A DNA stretch of 64,000 bases from Euglena gracilis (lineage: Eukaryota). Where the stretch lies: positions 4,141,437 to 4,205,436 of the forward strand of contig CP154954.1 in NCBI GenBank assembly GCA_039621445.1, written 5' to 3'. The notes beneath the pieces were generated by a model, which saw only the letters and a list, made by a program, of their open reading frames with translations, was not told where the DNA came from and made no database searches. A program made the position numbers and the translations under genes. Below are positions 53,401 through 64,000 of this stretch, one piece after another. Each line of letters begins with the position of its first letter. Position 1 is the first letter of the stretch.

Positions 53401-54984
53401 ATCGACCTCCGCTCGGGCCTAGTTCCAGTCGGGGGCTGAAGCTTTTGAACTTTTTGTCGTGTACAACCACATTGGTCCCCCAGGAGCGCTTCACTGTAAC
53501 CTGGATATGCAGTGGGCGCTCGCTGTCTATGCTCGCTGTCTATGCTGCTGTTGACATGTTGTCAGTGGCAACCCCCCACAGTGCTCCATTACAGGTCGTG
53601 GCGAAGAGTCCACCGAGGTGCGCAACAGTGCTCTGAGGCCGATGGAAGCCTCCGCCTGGGCTTTAAATGAACCGCCGGGGGGAAGTTTCAAGAGTTGGTG
53701 GGTGGGTGGGTTGGGGCCTCTGGAACCCCCTCCTCCCACGGTAACCCCCCATGGGTCAGAATTTGGCCCAGCCAAAGGACGGGGCGGAAGATTTAATTCA
53801 CCGGCTTCGGCTTATTTTGGCCGGAATCTGGGAGGGTAGTGGGTGGTTGACCACCCACTACCCTACTGGGAGGGGTCGTGGGTGGATGGGTTTTTGAAAA
53901 AGTGTGTGGATGGGTTTGGGCCGTCCCCCACCCCCCGGGGCTACTAAGAGAATCTATGCACAGAACCTCACTAATGAGTGTCATCAAAGCCAGTCACGCC
54001 CAGTCACGAACAGTCATGCACAGTTGTGCCCAGTCATTTCATAGGTAACTGTGAGAAGTGTGCCACTGGGGAAAAAACACAGACGCCGCAAAAATAAAAA
54101 TACAGCGGAGCACACGAGCCTCACAACTTCCTCTGGTTGGATGGGCCAACGTCAAAGGCGAGACCGAGAGAAAATATCATGGTGGTTCAGTGAACTCCTG
54201 TGTGTTTGATGAAAACCGTTTGAACGTTAACGAACCCTGACGTTTGAACGTAAACAAACGAACTGACAGGCATCCACAGCAAAGTAGTGGACCAACAGGC
54301 ACACAGGCAAGCACCCATAGCCAAGTCCAAAAGTTTGGGTATAGAAAAGCCAGCAAGAGCCAAAAGCAAAGGTAGCTATGGTCAACAGTCCATGGAGGCA
54401 ACTACTGAGCAGGATACCCTGCATTGCGCCACTTCCACACCTCAATGGTAGGAAGCTTGCCGCACGGCTTCCGGACAGCGACTCCCAAAGGAATGGGGAG
54501 AGACTTCTTCGGAATCAGAGTTTGCGGGGCTTCTGGTGAACTCTTTCTACTCCGAAGCATACCAAGCTTCGACTGTGATTCCACTTACCAAGTTCAAAAA
54601 CTACGACAAGTGCCAAAAATCCGCACCCTCGTGACCCAGAAGGTTAGACTTCAGGATTAACTCACCAATTCAGCATTTCCAAACACTGAAGAAGCCTGGG
54701 CCCGAAGCAGGGGAAAGCGTGGGAAGCTGTACAAATAGGTGTCGGCAGGCGCGATTGCTTTATTGAAGAAGGCTGGATCAGTCCAACTTCCAACTTTCAA
54801 CTTCTAAAAGCCAACCCCCTCCTTGTCCAGATATTGAGGAAATTGAACACAAAAATGTTGCACCCCACCAAATATAACCCCCCCAATGTGCCATTCAGGA
54901 GAAAACAGAAAACTTTTGGGTGGATATATGCATTTTGGAAATTATTGGGAAGAATAGAGATACACAACAAAATTTGTATACGTC

Positions 54985-55822
54985 ACCCAGTCAGTTTGGC
55001 ACCCACCCACCCACTGTCGGAAAGGGCTGTTGTGGCCAGTATGGCTTTGGGCTTTATATTCCAGTGGTTGGCCATTCCCATGTTTTCCCTCCAACGCATA
55101 TAGCCAACGTGCGGGCCATGTTTGCTACACTCTTTTCAAGTCACCCCTCCTGCTACAAGTTCACATTTGCTGCTTCTCTTTTCAAATCACTCGCGTAGTT
55201 CTTCACCATTTCTTATATCCTCCCATTCTCTTTCTGGTTTCTGTTTCTGATTCTTTCTTTTTATATTGTATTTTTTTTGCATTTGAATTATTTTAATGGC
55301 AGAAAAAAGAACAACCTCAGTGGGATGTGGGAAAAACTGCGACATTTTTTAAAAAAGAGCATTTGGAAGGTCCCTTACACATACTTCCATCAAAAATGAT
55401 TGCAGATGATTCTGGGCCTGTTCCATTGGAACTTGCTGTTCCAGATTAGTGGATGGTTGCAAACGTGTTATTTGGACAGACAGTCAGGCAGGCAGACAAA
55501 TAATGCGAGACAGAAAGAGTGAGAGGGAGGGGTGGGATAGGTGGGTCTGCCAGGGCTTTCGGGAATCCCCAAAACCCAATGGGGAATGGGCGGTGGGTGG
55601 GGTGGTCGATCCCCAGGGGGGGCTGCATGGGCAGGTGGGATGGTCGACCAGATGGGTGGTCGACACCCCACCCATCCAAGGCCACAGAGAAAATTCTGAC
55701 CTTAAAACCAGTATTATGGGAAGGCCTTGCAGGTATGTGGGGGGGCACAAGGCTCTTGGGGTCCCCTGCTGGAATGCGGGGTTTCGGCTGTTTTTGGCAC
55801 GAAACACCGACTTTTTTTTTAA
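54985..55822 (-). repeat. Inverted copy of ~18720-19615; related pieces at ~59960-60240 (+) and ~61075-61385 (-)
   Basis: GCGGGCCATGTTTGC, CCTGCTACAAGTTCA and TTTTTGGCACGA are reverse complements of motifs at 19450, 19410 and 18737. Confidence 0.88.
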
Positions 55823-58800
55823 ACGTTGGGAGGCTGGTTAGCTGCAGGTAAGATTCTCATTCAGATGGAACATCGCCATGCCCAATCACACTCAAGCAAA
55901 ATAGACTGCAAACAGTGGCCAACAAATGATGCAGCCGGTGGGGAACGCTTCAGGAGGTTGCCATGGTTCCAAACTGGGTTGGAAGGGAGCCATGCTGCGA
56001 AAGCTGCATCGTGCCAAATCTTCCGATATCTTGTCCCATCAAGCAGTGACAGTTCACACTTGACCCACCATTTTCCAAAGGGGAATGAAATTTTCTGGAA
56101 TCCGTAAAACACAGGCTGATTATCATTGTGCAAAAATATTACATGGACCTCTCCCAACAAGCCGAATGGTCACCAAATGAAAGGTAGAGATTCCGAATTG
56201 GGCAAATTCTTTGAGCGTGAGTGTATGGGTATTCACATGTTAACAAAGGCAAAATCGCAGTGCAACGAATGAGGTGGGAAAGAAATAAGCGTTCTCTGAC
56301 TATACTCCAATAAGCAGGGTGGAACAAAAATGAATTTTTAAAGCCTTGGTCAGACTGCAGGTGTACAGGTTCAGGACAAGTGCAGCCGAATCGAGTGCCA
56401 ATGGGAAAAACCAGCACAATGTGACAATTTGCAATGAAAAATCAAAACCTGTAATCAAAAACCAAACACACAGGCACGCACACAAACTTAAAAACACGCA
56501 CGCACACACGCATACACACACCTATTGCATTATCAGATCCGGTCTTCGCCTTGATCCCGGGGGGTTCCGAAAATCAGCCACTGGAAAAGCCACTAGCTGG
56601 ACCCCTCTCTCCTGGGAGGTCCGGGGTCCGGGTCCCTCAGGTCCTCCCAATTGGGAAACTCACCCCAACTGGCGGTTCGCCACGGTGGAAATGGGTTTTT
56701 TTCGGCTGGTTTTGTTCCAAAAAAATCCAAAATTGCAAAACACGCATTTTTTGGCAGGCTTTGGGGGTGAAATAAAAAAATTACGTTGATTCGCGCCGGT
56801 CACCAAGCTTTAGGGGGGCCAGGTTTGCATGGAAGGAGGGGGGTGCGGGGATTTCTTGTACATTTTTGACTACTTTCATCACTTTGGCCGTTTTTGATTG
56901 TTTGAGGTTTTTTTTTTGACCAGTTTGCAATTTCTGGCCACTGTTGGCAACTGTTGGCCAATTTACTGCAAGCTTGCACAATGCCAAGGTGCTTTGGAAA
57001 TTTCATGTCAAGTTTACAGTAAAATGTTACCTTTTCACAATTTTCATATTACATCATATTGAATTTTGAGGATTTTATTCTGATGTTTTCCATTTTTGGT
57101 TCGCAAAACAGCAAAAAAAATACACATATTTAGCCAACGAATCCAGAAAGATCGCATCGGACCAGCAGAAGGAGAGGTGGCTGCACAGAACGCTGCCCAC
57201 CCTCTTGAATTTCAACAAATCTTCATTTTCAGAAGGACTTCAACTAACATGATTTGTGAATTGACAAATCGATCACAGAAACACACATATCACCGAAGCA
57301 ACATTACGTCAAGCAGGAAAAGCTAGTTTTTTTTCGGGAAGTGTGTTTGTGCAGAGAGTGGTCCAGTGCTCCACTGGTGCGACTCTGACGATGGGGGGCT
57401 TGGGTAGGAATGCAGAGAACGGTCAGCAGCACAACAGGGACTAACGTGTTGTTCACACAAGACACCCGCCTGCGCTGGGACGGCAGCGGCGAGTGCATTT
57501 GACTGCCTGACGGGGCTTCCAAGGCAGGACACAGGTTTAAGCAGCCTGGGAGGCCCCCCCGCACGAGACGGTATATCGGTGCGGCACAAAAGAATGGGGA
57601 TAATAAAAGCTAACCCTATGGGGATATGGGGATAATAAAAGCTAGCAAAATAGCATGTGGCTAACACAAATCAGAGGAATAAAAAATAAACGAGGTGTTC
57701 CTTCAATTATTCTGCCCCAGTTAAGTTATCAGAAATTTATTCTGACATGAATTGCTAACGTATAATAATTTTGTTGTGTTCATTTGGGGGTATCCCGGAT
57801 GTGTGTGTATTTTGCTGCTGAGAAATACAACAAGATATACAGTATATGATATACTGCCCTGATGGTGGAAAGATTTAAACACGTCCCCAGAGAACTCTGA
57901 CAACAAACCAGCCAATCACCAGACAATCCCCCCAGTACCTGGGCAGAGAGGGAAGAAATGGCGCAAGGATTTCTTGATCATCACAGAAAGGCTTGAAAAT
58001 GCCAAAAGAAGAAAGAAAGAGGTTAAAAATGTCCAGAAATGATCCGATCAAAAAATAAATCTTATCAGAAATTGAGCATTGACTGAGGGTATTCTACAAT
58101 TTCACAAATATGACACATATTCAACATGGAATGAGGTATGCGTTCCGGTGGTCCCCCCCCCCCCGCCTGGGAGTTGGACACATTCAGACAGCTGCCATGT
58201 TAGAGTATTGCAGGCAGGAAGACCTAAGTAACGCCAAAGTAGCTGAAGCTAACTAGAATGGAAATTTGGAAACAGGGCGTCGCCTGAGGACCCCCCACAG
58301 GGGGTGCAACTGGAAAATTCGAGCTGGCTAGACAAAGGCTGTTGGGTCGAACTGGGATGAGGCTTAGGCGACGCCTTGCCCGGAATGCGAAGAGACACTT
58401 CGCCTAACAACGAGGGGAGTGAACAGATATGGAGATATGGGTCATGCGCGGATGGGGTGTTTTACACCTGGCGTGGACACGGCAATAGTGTGGGCACGGC
58501 AATAGCAACCAGGGCACGGTGTCTTAGGGGAGACTGAATGACAGCTGCAAGCCTCGCATCGCTGTTGAGAGGTGGTCATTAGCAGGATAATCAGAGCAAG
58601 AGGCACCATTCGTTGCTATCTGTAATTATACGTAATTGCAACAGTGCTGGTGCTGACTGGGGACACCTACCCAGTCTACAGCCAATGAGAGCAGAAAGAT
58701 TGATCGTAGTATTGCCTCAAAAAGCCCACAAGAAGTAAAATGTCACAGAAAAATGACTAAATCAGCCAGAAGCAGCCAGAAGCAGCCAGAAGCAGCAAAG

Positions 58801-61479
58801 CAGCATGAAAAAAAGGCACAAAAGGCTAAACCAAGTCAAAAAAAAATCCAAATGGCCACAAAACAGCTGAAAGCAGCCAAAAACAGCCAGAAATGGCCAA
58901 ATGTGGGCTAAAATGGGAAGCAGCCAAAATAGTCAGAAGCAGCCAAAAGTGACCAAATGCAACCAAAAGCAATCAGAAATGGCCAAATATGACAAAACAA
59001 GTGGGCTAAAGGAGGCCAAAATTGCCCAAACAGCAGCGAGAAGCAGTAGAAGTAGTAGAAGAAGCCGAATCCAATGCACCCGGATGCAGCATAATTGCCA
59101 AAAATGGCCTCAGCAACCAAGAAGTGGTCCGTGTTGCCAAAAATGGCTTCAACAATAAAAAAAAATGGCTTGCCCGTACCTATCCACAATTATTCATATT
59201 TGCGGGTTTTGGGCTTATCCGTAAATATTTGTAATCATCCGTAATGTTCTGTTTCGGCATTAGCACCAATCCCTGACACATACCACTGAAATTTTTTTGT
59301 AAAAAAATACAATGAAAGAGGCAAAAGTACTTTGGTCAAATATGGTCTGCGTTGCAATTCATTCATGTCCAGGAAACAACCACTTCAAATTAAATGTGGA
59401 TGAAGGTTAATATACTTTTGAATTATATATTACAGAATCAGAAGCCAGGCTCCTTGTTTTGTGGGCTAATAGTGGTGGGTAGGTTGAAAATCAGCTGTCA
59501 CGGGGGGAGGGGTATAACTTGGGTGGGTTCGCAAAATGGCTCCAAGAAACTGGTCCGCGGGGTGGCGTGCTGCTGCTCCATTGCACCCATGGGGTTCATT
59601 GCGCCTACCTTCATTATTGTAACGTATGTCATACAACCACCGGGGTAAACCGGAGCTATCTGGATTTCCATTCCTCTCAACTCTGAAAACGGACTTATAA
59701 TTTCGGGGGGGGGGGCATTTGCCCAGCTTTCAACATTCAAATTCATGGTGTAAAAATGCGCTGGTTCGCTTGGGTTTATTTCACAATCTGGGCATCGGCG
59801 CTTTTGGAAGGGCCTTCTTTGAAAACGTGACATGAAAAATGCCTGGCTTCTTGTGGCAAAAGCTGACAATTGCGGTTTTCCCCACATCATACTGAGGTTG
59901 CCATATTAAAATAACTCAATAAAAAGTAAAGCATGCAGAATAAAAGGATAAAAAATAAAGTAGCAGAATCAAAAATCAGAAAAAAATGCGAGGGGATAAG
60001 AAAGGATGATGGACAATGAGAATGACTGGAAAAGAGAAGCAACACATGTGAACTTGTAGCTCTGAAAAGAATGTGGCAAACATGGCCCGCACGTTGGCTA
60101 TATGGCTACCGAGCTGTGATGTGGAAAAGCGGTGGAGGGAAAACATGGGAATGGCCAACCGCTGGAATATAAAGGCCAAAGCCATATTGGCCACAGCAGC
60201 CCTTTCCAACAATGGGTGGGTGGATGCCAAACTGACTGGAAATTGGAGGCAAATTTGTATTATAATCAAATTTGACACAGCATGGTTGGTCGTCCGGAAA
60301 GGCTCAGAGGTCGATGTTAACGTTAAGAATTACAATAATAAAATTTAGTAGAAACTTGGAAACAGAAAATGGCTGTAGCTCAGTAGCTCAGTGGAAAGAG
60401 TCTGACATTTGAGAAACCCAGATTCGAGCGCCGGCAACCACCCATTTTTGGCCATTTTTTTATACATTCTAAACACATTACCATCAAAAAATGATGAATT
60501 CAAATAATAATGGCAACTGAAAAAATAAATGAGATATATTCTAGATTCAACAGTTGAACACAACTACCCAAAAAAGCCAAACCAATCACAAGAAAGCCAG
60601 ACCAATGAGGACAAACCTTATCTTCCATCTCTTAAATCACCAGTGCAGGGTGCAGGAGTGGGGGCTCAGGTAACCAAAAGTGAGGATTCCAAATTTTCTT
60701 CCCCCCCCGCCTCCAATTTGCATTTTATTTGGGGCGGAGGGAAAAAATGATGGGGTTTAGGGGGAGGTGAGGAGCGCGTGTCTGGGGTGTTTGTCAAGGC
60801 GTGTGCAGGCTGCAGGGGAAATGGTGTCCAGCGGGGGAAGGGTCTGTGTCCCAGGAAGGGTCCGGAGACCCCACCGAATTTGCCGTGGGGATGAGTCTCT
60901 ACCGACAGACCACATCACAGACCCACCACCACCACCGCCCCAACCACCGCCGCCGGTGGCTTCTTCGGGGGCGTTCAACCCTACCTGCCACACCCTCTCC
61001 CCAACAACCGGGTTCTTCAGGGGCCGGGCCCAGGTCCATGCGGAGACCCTCTGGTAAACCTCCTCCTGAATTCTTTTAGGAAGAGCACTTGGAAAGGCCC
61101 ATACACATGCTTCCATCAAAAATGATCCCGGATGATTCTGGGTCTAGGTCTGTTGCATTACAACTGGCTGCTCCAGCGTAGCGGGTGTGTTGCAAGTAAT
61201 GGGTGGGGTCGACCCCCAATCTGGTCGACCATCCCCAGCAGGTTCCCGTGTAGGCTTCCCCGCCCTTCCCCGCCCCCAGCCCTGGCAGACCCACCAACTA
61301 TCCCCATCTCTCTCGCTTTTTGTGTCTGGAATTCTTTATCTGCTGGGTTCTGGGGGGACCCACAAGGCTTTTGGGGTCTACTGTTGGCGTTTTCTCCGGC
61401 CGGGCAATCGCCATGGACAACTGCGTGGTTGCGAAATCCGCTGGGTGGGACAGAGGGAGAAAGGTTGCCCCACCCTGTG

Positions 61480-61822
61480 GAATAGAAGCCCCCGGGGGCT
61501 ACTATTCGGAAAGTTGGTAGAAAATCGGGGGGGGGGGGCTTCTATTTGGGGGGTCACTATTCGGAAAAATGGTTTGTGGGTCTACGTATCCTACCTTTCC
61601 AAACCATGTCAAATTTGCTGCAAATATACTCTTGTGGATGGATTGGATCAGAAAGTTTAAATTCACCCAATCCTCATTTAACCAATGGCTGAAGGAGCCA
61701 AAGCACTTGCCGTCTCAATTCACACACAACCCACGGGGAGCGGCCTACTATTCGGCGGTGGGGGGGGGCACTATTCGGAACGTTGGTCGAAAACCGAAGG
61801 GGGCGGCTTCTATTCGGGGGGC
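61480..61822. mobile_element. Degenerate MITE (CTATTCGG motif)
   Basis: GAATAGAAGCC at left, GGCTTCTATTCGGGGGG at right, with CTATT(C/T)GG repeated about six times. Termini uncertain. Confidence 0.6.
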
Positions 61823-63034
61823 ACTATTTTCTCCCTCACCTCCCCACTCCCCCCCACCGACGCGTGAGTGCCATTTTTTCAAGGGAGATGGCAAAAATAG
61901 GTGAATCTTTGGCCGTGCCCCCCCCGCCCCCCCCTCCCCCCTGCCCCCCCCCTGCCGTCCACTAACCCCCTCTTTCTGAAAATTTTTCATTCTTCGACGT
62001 TTTTTCCATGAAAAATGGTCTTAAAATGTGATTTTTTTTGGCTGTGCCTGGGGGGGGTCCTCGGTGGCTGCTGCTGCACCGGGGAGTTGTTGACAGCCTG
62101 GTGGCTGCCAGAACGCCATCGTCTGCAATCATGTAATGTGACTGCCGCGGCAAAGCGAAAATCCAGGAGCGGCAGGGGCTTTTGTGGATTGACCATCGAC
62201 GTGCTGACATCGCTGGTGGCCATGAGCCATGATGTGCTCTCGGTTAACCACTTACCCCCCCCCGAATATGGGGTGGAGGGGTGTTTCTGTCACAGCATGT
62301 AGCCTACCGAACAGGATGCACCACCTGAGACGGGAATTTCTGCACTCTGAAATAGTTTGTATGAATAATTCACAATGGTTGGCATGGAAATGTTTCTAAA
62401 ATTTGCGATTCTGTAAACTTCTGGTAACCTGGTTCTGGAATCGGTTTTCCATTTTCTCCACTGTGTTGTTTCAAATTAGATATTATATGTATCCAAAATA
62501 CCAACCTTTTCATTTTTATATAGACCGGAAGCATGTACGCCCCCCACAATTTTGACAACGCAGCCGTAGAGAACAAAGTACCAGGGGCAGCAACCCCCCC
62601 GGATCCCTTTACCCCCCCCCGCCCTCCCCCAAATAACAATCAAAATGCCACTTTCAGGCCTTTATTTGCGCAAAGAATTTCTTACGGTGAACAGGGATTT
62701 TTGGGGGGGGTTTACGCCCACACCCGCCCAACCTCCCCACAACCCGACCCCCACCACCCCCACTAAGGCAGTGGGGGCGCCAATTTTTTGCAATATATAT
62801 TAAAACAGGTCCCGCGAGTCGTGAAACAGGCAGATTTTTGTTTTCCAAGATGTGCCCACTTTTGTAGAAAAACGTTGTGAGCATTCGCACCGACAAAAGA
62901 AAGTTGCTTAACTGCGAGTTCCGCCTCCTAAGACCGACTCTGGGGGTGTTACTTCCACTCTTCCAACAACGAGTCTGTCATTTTTTGAAAAAAAAGAAAC
63001 TTGTCAGTCAGTCACCCCCCAAAAAAAACAAAAA

Positions 63035-64000
63035 AGGCCAAAATTTTCTGGGTCATTTTAATGATTTATTGTAATGATTTATTTTTTGCTGACCCTCCCC
63101 TCCAAAAACCAATTAAATTACTCACCCCTGGGGGAGGGCGCATGGACACAAGGCATCCCCACTGTTTCCTCCTGGTACTCTTTTGGGGGTATGCACTTTG
63201 CACAATAAGGGAGAAAGGTTGCCCCAAAGCTTTTTTTTCTCAGGTGTACAACCTCCAATTGCGTGGGAAATGATCCATTGTCAATTATCCATTGCTCAGG
63301 CAATGTCTTTGGTGACATAACTTTCGAATAACACAAGGTTTTTTTACTTTGCGTTCCATTCTCAGGCTGAGACGAAGGTGCTGGGATGTGTCGTCAGCAT
63401 ATGGCACGGGGTCCGTTGGCGCAGTCCCTGGGATCAACGTGACAAAATATTAGCAAATCGGTTTCTTAGCGAACCTCAAAATTATAAACTGAGTACATTG
63501 ACTTCAAACAAATTCATTTGAGAAAAAAAAATAAAGCGAAACTACGAAGAACGAACACTAAACAGCTGGCAAAGGAATGGTGTACGTAACGGCATAACAT
63601 TTATGACATACACATAAAGAACGAAATGCCCTGACGACCATGCAATAAAAGGAAACGTTAGAAACAAAAAAAGAGCTGGCCAAGCTTCTCTTGAGTGTGG
63701 GGGTGGTGGGTGGGTGGACCACAATAAAACATGTTTCTCATTATTTTGTCACATGCACTCAGCCATTACTGAACCCGGCGCTGATTCTCCAGCTGTTGCA
63801 GACTCAGGAGTAAACCAAAAAAAAAAGAAACTGCTGGTTGGGGGGATGCTGAAAGATGGCAAATACAACTTGAAAAACAGAAAAATCGGATTGTGGCACC
63901 AAGGCTCCTCTGAAAAGACATTGAAGAATTTTCTTGGCATCAAACCAGGGACAGTTGAACGAATAGGGGTCATGAACAAAAGAAAGGGTCGCGATTGGCA
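63035..64000 (+). repeat. Diverged copy of ~20995-21770
   Basis: Shared GTTCCATTCTCAGGCTG, GTCAGCATATGGCACGGGGTCC and GAATAGGGGTCATGAAC. Confidence 0.92.

Noticed and set aside
53400-53650. DIRS-type RNase H motif (VDLFA...N) on the minus strand
   Set aside because: Requires an assumed frameshift and has no other supporting motifs.
58480-58595. CxxC...CxxC zinc finger on the minus strand (RCEACSC...CPGC), also ~15810-15920
   Set aside because: Short and stop-interrupted. Similarity between the two copies is explained by DNA homology alone.

Overview
Repeat-dominated, apparently eukaryotic DNA with poly-G/C tracts, CA and GATA microsatellites and GT-AG introns. A protist such as a euglenid is only a guess. 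I found no intact protein-coding gene, RNA gene or CRISPR array, and nearly all ORFs in the track are repeat artefacts. The window has five layers. (1) A recent ~2.63-kb tandem amplification at 1-~6.9 kb containing an 18/27-bp minisatellite. (2) An old, diverged backbone of modules that recurs in largely the same order three times (~1.8-21.8 kb, ~30-37.8 kb, ~39.7-64 kb). (3) Many small TIR elements, several with readable target-site duplications (TA, 3 bp, 7 bp), nesting, and empty/filled site pairs. (4) Three decayed coding remnants: a Penelope-like RT C-terminal fragment with a downstream 2A-like RIGEADNPG motif, an unknown ORF with a Pro/Thr-rich tail, and an intron-containing pseudogene with a ParB/Srx-like GQH(R) motif. 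The last two occupy the same slot between the same two backbone modules. (5) A few low-complexity tracts that look like consensus errors. All alignments were made by eye, so coordinates marked ~ are approximate and family names are unverified inferences.
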